This document shows, piece by piece, positions 1 to 10,422 of a stretch of 64,000 nucleotides of DNA. The position numbers were made by a program, and so were the translations under genes. Origin of the DNA: Nitrososphaerota archaeon (GTDB taxonomy: Archaea; Thermoproteota; Nitrososphaeria; Nitrososphaerales; JACQRY01); NCBI GenBank assembly GCA_016184315.1, contig JACPCU010000010.1:10035-74034 (forward strand), written 5' to 3'. The notes under the pieces are model-generated. The model made no database searches. It saw only the letters and a program-made list of their open reading frames with translations, and was not told the DNA's origin. Numbering within the stretch: the stretch's first letter is position 1; every line of letters begins with the position of its first letter.

Positions 1-1
1 C

Positions 2-481
2 ATCGACGCAGGACTTGGCCAGTACGGGAGGATCACTAGGTTGGTGACACCGGAGTTTGGGCCTAGTATAAGGTTGGCCAAGATCTTCACAGATCTCCCT
101 ATGGAGACAGATAAGCCAATAGAATTTGGATTGACGGAGTTCTGCAATGCGTGCATGAAGTGTGTTGATGCCTGCCCCGTTCAAGCCCTACCCAAAGGTC
201 CTCCGACGTGGGAAGGCCCCAGTAAGTCGAATATCTCAGGCGTATTGAAGTGGCAGCAGGATCCTGACAAGTGTCTGGCATGGTGGAGCGTTGTGGGCAC
301 CGGGTGTGCCATCTGTATCAGATCCTGTCCGTGGAGCAACGGGATCATAAGGCACTCAACTATTGCGAGATTGGCCGTCCAGCGAGGCATTGCTCTTAAC
401 AACGCTATGCGTCCCGTAGATGATGTTCTTGGGTATGGAGTTTTGAAGGATCCTGAAGAGTTCTGGAGAGAGGAGTATTAG
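2..481 (+). CDS. Reductive dehalogenase (RdhA)-family protein, C-terminal part (5'-truncated by window)
   Basis: Frame open from the window start: IDAGLGQYGR..LVTPEFGPSIRLAKIFTDLP...FCNACMKCVDACP...W..DPDKC..WW...GCAICIRSCPW. This is the RdhA/QueG-type C-terminus with two Fe-S motifs; spacing and tail resemble RdhA. Confidence 0.75.
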   Translation: MDAGLGQYGRITRLVTPEFGPSIRLAKIFTDLPMETDKPIEFGLTEFCNACMKCVDACPVQALPKGPPTWEGPSKSNISGVLKWQQDPDKCLAWWSVVGTGCAICIRSCPWSNGIIRHSTIARLAVQRGIALNNAMRPVDDVLGYGVLKDPEEFWREEY

Positions 482-483
482 AG

Positions 484-726
484 TTGGGGCATTCCTCAGT
501 AATGGCTTCTCTGCATTGGGTCGTGCATGAGACATGGGTAGTCATACTCTTACTTGTAGCCGGATTCAGCTGGCTGAATTTTCTAGAGCACGAGTACAGG
601 GCGAGCCTGATCACTTTCATATCCGTCGTCTTTCTGATTCAAGGATGTATTGGGGGTCATCTCGTTTGGAGACGACTTCGCAAGAAGTTGCAGCATCTCC
701 CTACTGTAACTGATTCGGAGGGATAA
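484..726 (+). CDS. Small membrane protein, possible RdhB-like anchor
   Basis: 80 aa with two hydrophobic segments, 2 nt downstream of the rdhA-like stop. Confidence 0.5.
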   Translation: MGHSSVMASLHWVVHETWVVILLLVAGFSWLNFLEHEYRASLITFISVVFLIQGCIGGHLVWRRLRKKLQHLPTVTDSEG

Positions 727-732
727 GGATAG

Positions 733-1908
733 ATGAGGCGACACACTGGAAAGATCTTCGTTACCGTCTTCGTGGCAACTGTTTTTGCTTCAGCCTTTGC
801 GACATCCTACACCGAGCATTGGTGGCGATACTCCCTATCGACTAGAGAGGTAGAGTTGAAGGCATCTGCCCCAGAGCCGATCAGGCTGACCAATTCTCCA
901 ATTAGGAAGATAGAGGCTGTGTGGAGCCCTGACGAGAGACGCATAGCATACGTGTCGGAGGAGCCTGAAGGGTCGAGCATTTGGGTGATGAATGGCGACC
1001 GAACACAAAAGAAGCAGCTGACACCTGCGAAGATGAATGCCCACTGGCCAAGATGGAGGCCAGACGGAGGAATGATAGCTTTCATGTCATATGCGGACAA
1101 GGCGCCAGACCTTTGGGTGATGTACAGTGATGGCCATGGGAAGACGAATCTAGCGAATGACACCTCTTCAGACAGTCCACCAGAATGGAGCCCCGATGGC
1201 TCCTTGATCACATATGAATCAAACAAAGCAGGGAACTGGGATGTATGGAGTGTATCAGTCGGCGGTGCTCACAGGAATCAGTTGACCACAAACCCAGCTG
1301 ATGACCGGTATCCAACATGGAGCCCGGATGGGAAGAAGATTACGTTCGCATCTAACCGCTCTGGCAACTTTGACATCTGGATCATGGATACTGATGGAAG
1401 TGGACAGAAACGGATCACCTCAGATCCTAGGGACGACATCAGGCCTAGGATAAGCCCCTTTGGAAACCGCGTTGCGTATTTGTCCAATCAATCCGCGTAT
1501 TGGCCGCAATACACTTTGGAGTATGGTGCGATCGAGGGAAGAACATGGTCCGTCCAAGTCGTTGACCTGCAAGCTAAAGTGAAGGCATTTGACTATGTGC
1601 ACAGCTGGCTGCTCCGGGACAGTGATTGGATAAGCTGGTCTCCTAACGGGAAAATCATCTTTCCCTCCTACGAAATCGCCATACAGTACGGCATATACAT
1701 CAACATCATGTATCCTGCAATATTCATGTTGGATGTTGGTGATAAACCAGGCTTGGCTCGCGTTAGCCCGGCTGGTTGGGCCATCTTCGCCGTCAATTTG
1801 GGTTCACATGGTGTATTATTCATCTCCGAAGATAGACATGGATACAGAGACGTATATGTCTCGACAGTGGTATCAGCTCCCACGATCTCAGGCGCAGCTG
1901 GCTATTGA
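733..1908 (+). CDS. TolB-like beta-propeller (PD40/WD40-like repeats), secreted
   Basis: N-terminal hydrophobic signal; repeated P.WSPDG..I.F.S.R.GN.DIW motifs. Confidence 0.85.
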   Translation: MRRHTGKIFVTVFVATVFASAFATSYTEHWWRYSLSTREVELKASAPEPIRLTNSPIRKIEAVWSPDERRIAYVSEEPEGSSIWVMNGDRTQKKQLTPAKMNAHWPRWRPDGGMIAFMSYADKAPDLWVMYSDGHGKTNLANDTSSDSPPEWSPDGSLITYESNKAGNWDVWSVSVGGAHRNQLTTNPADDRYPTWSPDGKKITFASNRSGNFDIWIMDTDGSGQKRITSDPRDDIRPRISPFGNRVAYLSNQSAYWPQYTLEYGAIEGRTWSVQVVDLQAKVKAFDYVHSWLLRDSDWISWSPNGKIIFPSYEIAIQYGIYINIMYPAIFMLDVGDKPGLARVSPAGWAIFAVNLGSHGVLFISEDRHGYRDVYVSTVVSAPTISGAAGY

Positions 1909-2008
1909 GCAGCTAAGGCAAGTACACTATCAAAGGCGAGGCTAAAGACTCCCTTCCTTATCATCCGACAGACTCAAGAAAAAAGGAGGAGGGGGGAATC
2001 GGCGACCT

Positions 2009-2767
2009 CTATGTGCTTGGAGTAGGAGGCGGAGCCAATCCCCTAGCAACATGCTCGACCATTGCGTTCGCTCCTATGAACAGAGCTACCAGTGCTAGGG
2101 CGATGCACAATAGCCCCGCCAGTCGCTTAGCCCAAGGCGTCCGAACATAAGATTGGGCTAAGACTCCCACTCCTGCTAGGGTGCCTGCGAGGAAGATGTA
2201 CACATAGCTGTCTCTTTGGAACATGAATGCTGAAATGTAGGTGTTCACCGCTGTCAGAACTGTCGTTATTCCAGCGAATATGCTAGCCGGCTCCAAGCTC
2301 CACCCCATGGTTATGGCGAAGCCGCCAGCTATCAGAAGAAACGCGTACAGAGCGAAGGCTACGCCGAAGAACTCGTTGTATGGTGCCCTGAACGGGTCTC
2401 CAATCATCATGGAGAAAGCTACTATCGCTGAGAATATTCCGGTTGCTCCTATGGTAAGTCCATATGACTGCTCCAGTGAGAGTGAGTGAAGCTGTTTGGT
2501 CTGCATGAGCAGTGATCTGCCCCCGGATGCGACTTCTTGCTCCTTTACGTTCTCTTTGGTCCTCCTTCCGATGCCTAGGAAGTAGATGCCGGTCGTGATT
2601 CCTCCTATTCCGACCCCAAATAAGGCCAAGACCAAGGGATTTGTCGTCATGGTACCGTCGATTATTTCTTGTGCAAATGAACCTAAAGAGTTCATCTGTA
2701 CAAGTGACCATGGTTGTACATACGGTCCGCGTCTCATCTTGGGAGCTAAGTAAATAGGTGGAGCCAT
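2009..2767 (-). CDS. DUF981-like integral membrane protein (start may be further downstream)
   Basis: Multiple TM helices; P...PYNEFFG motif recalled as DUF981-like. Confidence 0.55.
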   Translation of the reverse strand: MAPPIYLAPKMRRGPYVQPWSLVQMNSLGSFAQEIIDGTMTTNPLVLALFGVGIGGITTGIYFLGIGRRTKENVKEQEVASGGRSLLMQTKQLHSLSLEQSYGLTIGATGIFSAIVAFSMMIGDPFRAPYNEFFGVAFALYAFLLIAGGFAITMGWSLEPASIFAGITTVLTAVNTYISAFMFQRDSYVYIFLAGTLAGVGVLAQSYVRTPWAKRLAGLLCIALALVALFIGANAMVEHVARGLAPPPTPST

Positions 2768-2781
2768 AGAATGAGAAGATC

Positions 2782-3360
2782 ATGGTGAGGGTGAATATCG
2801 CGGTCGATGACCGCGTGGCAGATAGACTATCAACCCAAGCTTCTTCAAGGAAAATGACTCTATATGCAATGGCTAACGTGTGCCTAGAAGCCGTTCTTAA
2901 CGTCCTTGAGCAGGGTAGCTCCGTCGAAGAGCTCGCAATGGTGTTGAACACACACAGGATTCTGCGGCAGGTGGACGCGATTATTCTCCCCGCTGATTTA
3001 GTTGACCATCTGATTTCAAGGCTGATGTTCTTCGAGAAGCAGCCCACCTTGGAGCAGTTCCGTCAGCTCGGCTTCACCCTTGCCAACCTTCTGAGGATAC
3101 GATCACCAAAGCTTACTGAGCTGTCTGATGTGGCGACAGATTTCTTGGTGATGGTCCCCCTCAAGAGAATTGAGATCAAGGAGGCTGAGGGAGGAGTAGA
3201 AGTGAATGTCGTCGGTGCCGGTAGAAGGATGGAGTCAACAGAATGCACTCTAAGCCTGTTGGAGGGGCTTCTAGCAGGCTACGGTTACCGCGTACTGGAA
3301 AAGAATGTCACCGTGGGCGTGATCAGACTGAAAGCTATCGAGCCCGCACAGATTGAGTAA
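2782..3360 (+). CDS. Hypothetical protein with N-terminal ribbon-helix-helix-like segment
   Basis: 192-aa ORF divergent from the DUF981-like gene; N-terminus VRVNIAVDDRVADRL. Confidence 0.55.
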   Translation: MVRVNIAVDDRVADRLSTQASSRKMTLYAMANVCLEAVLNVLEQGSSVEELAMVLNTHRILRQVDAIILPADLVDHLISRLMFFEKQPTLEQFRQLGFTLANLLRIRSPKLTELSDVATDFLVMVPLKRIEIKEAEGGVEVNVVGAGRRMESTECTLSLLEGLLAGYGYRVLEKNVTVGVIRLKAIEPAQIE

Positions 3361-3426
3361 CAGAATCCAGACTGTTATCTTCTGCTCATCCTTTGTGCCA
3401 AGAAAGAAGATGCGACAGAATCTAGT

Positions 3427-4536
3427 CTATGATTTCCCATAAACAGAAGCTGGGCCAAGTAATTCTTCTCTGATCTCAACTCCCAATCCAGGTGCATTCT
3501 TATCAGTAAGACTCGCCACTCCCTTCGATACAATTATGCCGCCTTTTGCGACCAAATCTTCCTTTTGACGCATAAACTGCACGTATCCTGACGCGATTTC
3601 TCTGCCGCTAGCCATAGACAAGTGAAGGCTGGCGGTGCTGGCAAGTCTAGTTTGAGGCCTACTGTCAAACCTGTAACCTAAGCCTGCCGACTCTGCTATA
3701 GCTATCGCTTTTTGGGCTTTGTAGAAGCCCCCGAATTTGAGGAGTTTTATGTTAATTGCATCCGCAGCGTTTCTTCGAATTATCTCTTGGACATCATCAG
3801 GAGTGCGACAGATCTCGTCTGCAATTATCGGCGCGGAAACCGAGCTGCGAACCCGAGCAAGGCCTTCAAGGGTTTTAGTTGGTTGTTCCACGTATACATC
3901 GTGTTTCTCTATCTGTTTGATGGCATTAATGGATGAAGCGGGACTCCAACCGGTATTTGGATCAACAATCAGTATGACATCGTCGCCAACAGCATCCCTG
4001 ATTCTCTTGACGCGTTCGACATCATCTTCAATTATGCCTCCACCTACTTTGACTTCCAGCGCCCTGTAACCCTCTTCAATCTTTGCAGCTGCGTCCGCGG
4101 CCATTTCTTCAGGGCTTTTGATACCCAATGTATAATGCATAGGCACTTCTTCCTTGTATGCTCCTCCCAGAAGTCGGTAGACAGGTGTCTTGGTGAACTT
4201 CCCCTGCAAATCATATAAAGCGAGATCGATGGCAGATCTTACGCTAGGATTCCCATCCATCGAACGGTCTAACATCTGATGTATCTTACCAATGTTAAAG
4301 GCAAATTCGTCAATCAATTTCGGTGCTATTACACCCAATATGTCGATCACCGAGCGTTGTGTATCACCTGTAGTGGGAAGATAGGGAGCTCCTTCACCAT
4401 ATCCCACCAGACCATTGTCGGTGTGAATCTTTACCAGCACACTTCCAGGCGAAACTTCTCCATATGAAGCTGTCAACGCATGTCCGCTGCGAAAACTAAT
4501 GTTGACGGGCGAAACTTCTATTCTCTTGATTCTCAT
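3427..4536 (-). CDS. Mandelate racemase/muconate lactonising enzyme family (dipeptide epimerase-like)
   Basis: GLVGYGE, SAIDLALYDLQGK, D-x-N, EQP, ADE and NIKLLKFGG enolase-superfamily motifs. Confidence 0.9.
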   Translation of the reverse strand: MRIKRIEVSPVNISFRSGHALTASYGEVSPGSVLVKIHTDNGLVGYGEGAPYLPTTGDTQRSVIDILGVIAPKLIDEFAFNIGKIHQMLDRSMDGNPSVRSAIDLALYDLQGKFTKTPVYRLLGGAYKEEVPMHYTLGIKSPEEMAADAAAKIEEGYRALEVKVGGGIIEDDVERVKRIRDAVGDDVILIVDPNTGWSPASSINAIKQIEKHDVYVEQPTKTLEGLARVRSSVSAPIIADEICRTPDDVQEIIRRNAADAINIKLLKFGGFYKAQKAIAIAESAGLGYRFDSRPQTRLASTASLHLSMASGREIASGYVQFMRQKEDLVAKGGIIVSKGVASLTDKNAPGLGVEIREELLGPASVYGKS

Positions 4537-4620
4537 CTTACATCCCTCTTAGCAACGAAAAAACATCGAAGGAATTTATCGGTATTGGTATAAGCGCGGG
4601 TTGCGAAAAGCACGCTTACA

Positions 4621-5925
4621 ATGCGAGAATTGAAGAGTTCAGGCTTGATAGAAACAGATAAACATATGCACGCCAGTAGCAGATTTCTGTTGACTAACGT
4701 AGTAACGGTTGTATCACTACTTGCGCTTATCCTCGCTGCAACATCAATGGGCTATGCAAGCCTAACGGTCAGTCAAGAAACAAATCAGCTGAGGGAGGAA
4801 ATCAAAACGGCTGATCGAAACCTATCATCGTTGAAAAAAGACGTCAGCGACCTCAGCGGAGGACTTCAAAGCGCTCTGCAAGAAGCTAAGAGACAGGTAG
4901 ATGAAAGAGAGGCTCTTCTAAAACAGATAACACCTTTCGACCCACAACTAGTTTCAGCGGCCATAAAAGAAGGCTCTCTAACAATTTACTCAAACAGGGA
5001 CCAGAACGACCTTGTTATCCTAGCTCAAGAGTTTCAAAAGAAATTCCCCGGAATAAAAGTAAGTTTTCTCACAGCAACCACAACAGAGCTGATAAGTAAA
5101 GCCAGCACCGAGATGAAAGCAAGCCAAAGCATTTGGGATATCCTTGACCTTACCGCTTCATCGTTAGCTGTCGTTGTCGAGGCCGGGGCAACCCAACCAT
5201 ACAAATCAAGCCAATACACCAAAGAGAATTTCCCCTTCATTGACCCAAAGGGCCACATCTTCTTCCACGGCTCGACCATCAACGCCGTGATTTACAACCC
5301 TAATCTAGTCAAACGGAGCGACCTAGAAGGAGTAAAGACTTGGGAAGACCTTCCAAGTTTAGCAGCAAAGTACCCAGGCAAGATACTGGTGCACCATCCG
5401 TCCCGAGCCGGACCGGGTACCTTGATTCTGGCGGAGCTTAAGGCATATTGGAACGACGACGCGAAGTGGAACAAGTATCTGGATCAGATCAAAGCCCTTA
5501 ATCCGCGAATGTTTAGGAGTACCGGTGAGATAGGACGCCTTGTCATTTCAGAGGAAGGAGCCATTGGAATCCCTGGTCTACTCCACGATGTTCTGCAAGC
5601 AAAGGAGAATAAGGTTCCTCTAGAATATATTCCCCTCACACCACTGATTCTTAATCCCAGCGGATCCGTAATCTCCAAGAACGCCCCTCACCCTAACGCT
5701 GCCAAACTGTTAATCGAGTATATGCTCAGCCCTGACGGTCAGGAGCTTTTCTCCAGGGCTTATCGCAGTCCACTCAGACTCGGATTCGTCTCAAAATCTT
5801 CTCTTAACGTCCTCTTCCCCGGCGTAACGCCAGACAAGATGATAGGCATATCAAACCAAGATTTCCTGTCGAAACCAAGCGAATTCGTCAAAAAATATCT
5901 TGAACCCGTCTTTGGGCCATCTTGA
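4621..5925 (+). CDS. ABC transporter extracellular solute-binding protein (Fe/thiamine/polyamine type)
   Basis: N-terminal TM plus coiled coil; AAIKEGSLTIYS and KNAPHPNAAKLLIEYMLSPDGQ. Confidence 0.85.
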   Translation: MRELKSSGLIETDKHMHASSRFLLTNVVTVVSLLALILAATSMGYASLTVSQETNQLREEIKTADRNLSSLKKDVSDLSGGLQSALQEAKRQVDEREALLKQITPFDPQLVSAAIKEGSLTIYSNRDQNDLVILAQEFQKKFPGIKVSFLTATTTELISKASTEMKASQSIWDILDLTASSLAVVVEAGATQPYKSSQYTKENFPFIDPKGHIFFHGSTINAVIYNPNLVKRSDLEGVKTWEDLPSLAAKYPGKILVHHPSRAGPGTLILAELKAYWNDDAKWNKYLDQIKALNPRMFRSTGEIGRLVISEEGAIGIPGLLHDVLQAKENKVPLEYIPLTPLILNPSGSVISKNAPHPNAAKLLIEYMLSPDGQELFSRAYRSPLRLGFVSKSSLNVLFPGVTPDKMIGISNQDFLSKPSEFVKKYLEPVFGPS

Positions 5926-5996
5926 AAAACGGATTCATAACTTGCAGCTGAACTGTAAGTGGATACCTGTTCAGCCCAGATAGAGGAAGCATTTCA

Positions 5997-7001
5997 ATGA
6001 ATCTTGAATTCGGAATTAGGCTACCAGTTTCAGGCCCATTTGCGGGGATCGAAAATATCCTCAGAGTGGCACAGCAAGCCGAGATCTTGGGTTATGATTC
6101 GGTTTGGGTTCATGATCATATTATTTGGTCATCAGAATCGCACAGGAAACATGTTGCATCCGGTTCCGTCGAAGCTGTAACTGACAGTCAGGAACCGGTT
6201 TTTCTGGAAGCGTTAACCTCCCTGTCATATCTGGCCGCCTTAACCACGAAAGTGAAGCTAGGCACAGCAGTGCTGATACTCCCATCACGGAATCCTATCA
6301 TAGTAGCCAAGGAAATAGCGAATATTGATGTACTTTCACGGGGACGCATGATCTTGGGAGTTGGGGTCGGCGGTCGCTCATCTACCCGTGGGCAGCTTGA
6401 AACATTAGGCGTCCCATTAAGGGCTAGAGGCGGATTAACCGACGAGTATATTCACGCGATGAGAGAATTATGGGCATCTCCCGTATCATCATTCCAAGGA
6501 AAATACGTGAAATTCACCGACATCGAAATGTTCCCCAAGCCTATACAAAACACTGGTCCGCCAATATGGATTGGAGGAACAAGCCGAGCAGCAGTGACCA
6601 GAGCAGCACGGCTAGGCGATGGGTGGATCCCCGATCTTCTTTCTCCATCCGAAACAATTGAAAAATCAATCCTTCTAAGAGACATGATGACTCAGTTCGG
6701 CAGAGGAAACAAGAAGTTCGTCCTTGCCAGCGACATCTACACCAGTATTGCAGCGAAACCTGAAGAGGCAAGAAAAACGGCATCGGAAACCATCTTGACT
6801 CGTCTACATGGTCGGGGATCATTCCAAGAACTTGAACCCAAGTTTCTGGTAGGTTCACCTGACGAGTTAATCACCAAGATCGGAGAATATGCCGATGCAG
6901 GGGTTACTCACTTCGACCTGAAGTTCATCTACCCTAGCGTGGATAAACTTGTGCAAATGATGGAATTGTTTAGCGATCAGGTAGCACCATCATTCAGATG
7001 A
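5997..7001 (+). CDS. LLM-class (probably F420-dependent) oxidoreductase
   Basis: AEILGYDSVWVHDH, LGTAVLILP.RNP, GRMILGVGVG, PPIWIGG, RAARLGDGW. Confidence 0.9.
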   Translation: MNLEFGIRLPVSGPFAGIENILRVAQQAEILGYDSVWVHDHIIWSSESHRKHVASGSVEAVTDSQEPVFLEALTSLSYLAALTTKVKLGTAVLILPSRNPIIVAKEIANIDVLSRGRMILGVGVGGRSSTRGQLETLGVPLRARGGLTDEYIHAMRELWASPVSSFQGKYVKFTDIEMFPKPIQNTGPPIWIGGTSRAAVTRAARLGDGWIPDLLSPSETIEKSILLRDMMTQFGRGNKKFVLASDIYTSIAAKPEEARKTASETILTRLHGRGSFQELEPKFLVGSPDELITKIGEYADAGVTHFDLKFIYPSVDKLVQMMELFSDQVAPSFR

Positions 7002-7054
7002 ACAAACCTTAAGCCAACCCACATTCAACTGCACTGTAGGAGAGAACACTAACC

Positions 7055-8035
7055 TTGCCCATACTTGTAACCGGTGGCACTGGCGCAATGGGTTCATGGG
7101 TTACCCGTAGGCTCGTGGAACAAGGCTTCAGACCAGTATGTTACGACTGGGCTCCATCTATTCGCCTCTTGGATGACATCAAGGACAGATTCGACCTTGT
7201 TAAGGGTGACGTACGCGACCTACCACTTCTGTTGGCTACAGTCAAGAAGTTCAGCGTAGACAGAATCGTACACATGGCTTACCTGATAACAGAGTCGGAG
7301 TCCAATCCCTATCTTGCCCAACAGGTGAACATAGGTGGAATGGTCAACGTCTTGGAGGCCGCACGTCTTATGGCTGTGAACAAAGTCGTGTTCACAAGTT
7401 CCAAAGGCGTCTACGGCGATATCACCGGAGAACACGGCTATCCTACATACAAGCCTATCAACGAGGATTACCCGAAGAACCCTGACCGGGTGTATGGTGT
7501 TACCAAGCTGGCTTGCGAAGGATTCGGGGAGTATTATGCTAAGACTTATGGGCTGAGTTTCGTGGCTCTTAGGTTCGCCAACACCTTCGGCCCCGGGAAG
7601 ACGGTTGACCGGCACGCGACGTTCGCAGCTGTGGGGAGCATGTTGGAGCAGTCTCTGATAGGCAAGCCGGTGAGGATCCCACAGGGCGGTGATTCGAAGG
7701 ACGATCTGCTCTACTACAAAGATGTCGCCAAGTCGGTGGTTCATGCCTGCCTAGCAGAGGGCCTTAAACACAGGGCTTTCAACATCGGGATGGGGCAGCC
7801 GTTTAGTCTCCGTGATGTGGCTGATGTTGTGAGAAGACTTGTTCCAAATGCAGAGATAGAGATCGGGTCTGGATTAGACTACAAGTACGGTGGACAGAAA
7901 CCCTACAGTGGATACTGTGTCTTCGACTGCAAAAGAGCCAAAGAGGATCTTGGTTTCACTCCGGATTACGGGTTGGAAACGGGTTTCAGAGATTATGCTG
8001 CTGAGTTGAAGCGTTTGGACCTGCTACGACATTGA
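7055..8035 (+). CDS. NAD-dependent epimerase/dehydratase
   Basis: LVTGGTGAMG Rossmann motif; YGVTK catalytic YxxxK. Confidence 0.9.
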   Translation: MPILVTGGTGAMGSWVTRRLVEQGFRPVCYDWAPSIRLLDDIKDRFDLVKGDVRDLPLLLATVKKFSVDRIVHMAYLITESESNPYLAQQVNIGGMVNVLEAARLMAVNKVVFTSSKGVYGDITGEHGYPTYKPINEDYPKNPDRVYGVTKLACEGFGEYYAKTYGLSFVALRFANTFGPGKTVDRHATFAAVGSMLEQSLIGKPVRIPQGGDSKDDLLYYKDVAKSVVHACLAEGLKHRAFNIGMGQPFSLRDVADVVRRLVPNAEIEIGSGLDYKYGGQKPYSGYCVFDCKRAKEDLGFTPDYGLETGFRDYAAELKRLDLLRH

Positions 8036-8150
8036 AATATCTGGATTGTCTACTGGACTTTCTCTTCCTGTTTTCACGCAGCCCGGTTCACATAGGCAAG
8101 AATTAAATGGCTTAAGCATGTTCAACACATAAGGGTAGGGTGTCATCAGA

Positions 8151-10376
8151 ATGGCGATTATCGGCACACGTGTGGCAAGAGTAGACGGTTACGAACGTGT
8201 CTCCGGAAAAGCCCTCTACACCGCTGATTGGAAGCAACCCCGAATGCTTTACGCCGAAGTCGTATCCTCAACGCGTCCCCACGCCGAAGTTGTCTCCGTT
8301 GACACCTCAGAAGCTCTCAGAGTACCGGGCGTGGAAGCGATCGTTGACTGCAAGGAAACAGGGATCACATGGAGCGAAGGTGAACCGGCTCGAAGCAGGA
8401 TGCTTCTGGACGAGCATATCAGGTTTGTAGGAGAGATAGTTGCAGCAGTAGCAGCAAAGACTCGTTATGCTGCTCACGAAGCCGCCGAGAAAGTTAGAGT
8501 GGTGTACAACGATCTGCCAGCAGTATATGATCCTGAGGAGGCTTTGAAAAAAGAGGCTCCTCAGATCTGGACCTCAGGGAATCTGAGGCAGATTCAGCGT
8601 TATGAGAGAGGATTCGTGGAAAAAGGTTTCCAAGAAGCAGACTTGATCTTCGAAGACACTTTCCGGACCTCAAGATTCCATAATGCTGCCATGGAGACAG
8701 GCGCTTCCTTGGCTTGGTGGACTGGAGGCAATCTCACAGTGATAGCCTCAACCCAGAGCGTTACTGGCGCAAGAGCAGGCTTGGCTAAAGACCTTCAAAT
8801 TCCTCTGAGCAAGGTGAGAGTCATTGCCCTATACAAGGGCGGGGGGTTTGGGAATAGAAGTAACGCCGTCAACCACGATCTGCTGGCAGCCATCTTGGCG
8901 AAGAAGACCGGGAAACCGGTGCTACTGGAGTTCAGCAGGTACGATGAGTTCTTGGGTTCGCACGGCCGCTGGCCTACAGTACAGCACTACAGGATCGGAG
9001 TCAAGAAGGACGGGGAGGTTACGGCTCTCCAGCTAAGAGCCTACGCGGACATGGGTGCGTATCACCGCAGAAGCCCCGAGATCCCGTACATACGCGGACC
9101 ACCAGAATTCTACCGGTGCCCCAACATGAAGCTGGAGGTGTACGCTGCCTACACTAATACTCCTTTCACGGGAAGCATGAGGGCTCCCCCAGCGGTAGCA
9201 GGATGTTTCGGCTCGGAAAGCCTTATGGATCACGTCGCGAACCAGATGAAGATAGACCCGGTGGAATTCAGGCTCAAGAACCACATCATCAAAGCCGACA
9301 ACAAAGATGAATACACGAGTAATGGAATAACAGAATGCATTCGGAAAGGCGCAGAGATCATTGATTGGAAACGGGTGTGGCATCCTCCAAGCCAAGGTCC
9401 AACTTATGGTTCCCTCAACCACGGTGTCGGCATGGCTATTGGCGGATGGATGGCGCGCCTAGTTTCAGCCTCAGCTATCATGAAGGTGAACAGGGATGGC
9501 TCAGCCCACTTGGTGGTCGGCGTCACTGACATTGGCGGCGGTGCAAAAACGGTGTTGTCCATGATCGCCGCGGACACCCTTGGGATACCTTTGCAGGACG
9601 TGAAGGTCACTTGGGGAGACACTGATGTATGTCCCTTTGCACCGGGTGAAACCGGGAGCAGAACAACCACCAACGTGGGGCTTGCCGTCAAGGTTGCGGC
9701 GGAGGATGCAAAGAGTCAGCTTCTGGCTAAGGCCTCTCAGATGCTGGATGTAGACCCACATGGGCTAGATGTTGCGGACGGCACGATCTTTCGCCGCGAC
9801 GAACCTGCAACAAGGATCCCGTTATCCAAGGTAGCTGAAACGATGCCTGACGCCATCATAGGTAAAGCAACTACAGATCCGAAGCTTCCCTCTGGAAAAG
9901 CTCGGTTCAGCTTTGCAGCCCACTTCGCCGAGGTCTTGGTAGACAAAGAGGTGGGAAAGATCATTGTTAAACGCTACGTTGCTGTCCACGACTCAGGGCG
10001 CATCGTCAACCCGTTGACGGCGGAGAATCAGGTTCAGGGCGGAGTAACCATGGGTCTAGGCCTAGCCTTAACCGAGGAGCAGATAGTGAACAAGTCGACC
10101 GGATACTTGGAGAATCCTTCTCTCTGGACCTATAGGTTGCCCATGCATTTGGATGTGCCGAAGATTGAGGTACATTTTGTCGAAACAGATGATCCTTATG
10201 GCCCGAAGTCTCTGGGTGAGCCGCCCGTCGTCCCCGTATGCGCAGCTATTGCAAACGCTGTGTATAACGCAGTAGGAGCAAGGGTCAAAGAGATCCCGCT
10301 TACGCCTGAACGCGTCCTAAGAGCCATGAACACAACACAGACAATACCATCGGACGTAAACAGAAGACACTCCTAA
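8151..10376 (+). CDS. Xanthine dehydrogenase-family molybdopterin-binding subunit
   Basis: GGGFG, SMRAP, GETGSR, NQVQGG and PKSLGE motifs. Confidence 0.92.
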   Translation: MAIIGTRVARVDGYERVSGKALYTADWKQPRMLYAEVVSSTRPHAEVVSVDTSEALRVPGVEAIVDCKETGITWSEGEPARSRMLLDEHIRFVGEIVAAVAAKTRYAAHEAAEKVRVVYNDLPAVYDPEEALKKEAPQIWTSGNLRQIQRYERGFVEKGFQEADLIFEDTFRTSRFHNAAMETGASLAWWTGGNLTVIASTQSVTGARAGLAKDLQIPLSKVRVIALYKGGGFGNRSNAVNHDLLAAILAKKTGKPVLLEFSRYDEFLGSHGRWPTVQHYRIGVKKDGEVTALQLRAYADMGAYHRRSPEIPYIRGPPEFYRCPNMKLEVYAAYTNTPFTGSMRAPPAVAGCFGSESLMDHVANQMKIDPVEFRLKNHIIKADNKDEYTSNGITECIRKGAEIIDWKRVWHPPSQGPTYGSLNHGVGMAIGGWMARLVSASAIMKVNRDGSAHLVVGVTDIGGGAKTVLSMIAADTLGIPLQDVKVTWGDTDVCPFAPGETGSRTTTNVGLAVKVAAEDAKSQLLAKASQMLDVDPHGLDVADGTIFRRDEPATRIPLSKVAETMPDAIIGKATTDPKLPSGKARFSFAAHFAEVLVDKEVGKIIVKRYVAVHDSGRIVNPLTAENQVQGGVTMGLGLALTEEQIVNKSTGYLENPSLWTYRLPMHLDVPKIEVHFVETDDPYGPKSLGEPPVVPVCAAIANAVYNAVGARVKEIPLTPERVLRAMNTTQTIPSDVNRRHS

Positions 10377-10422
10377 GCTTGAACAGATCAGTTGAAAGGA
10401 GAATCATCTATACTCGAATAAG

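Noticed and set aside
2283-3047. 254-aa minus-strand ORF
   Set aside because: Overlaps two better-supported genes; Arg/Ser-rich off-frame composition.
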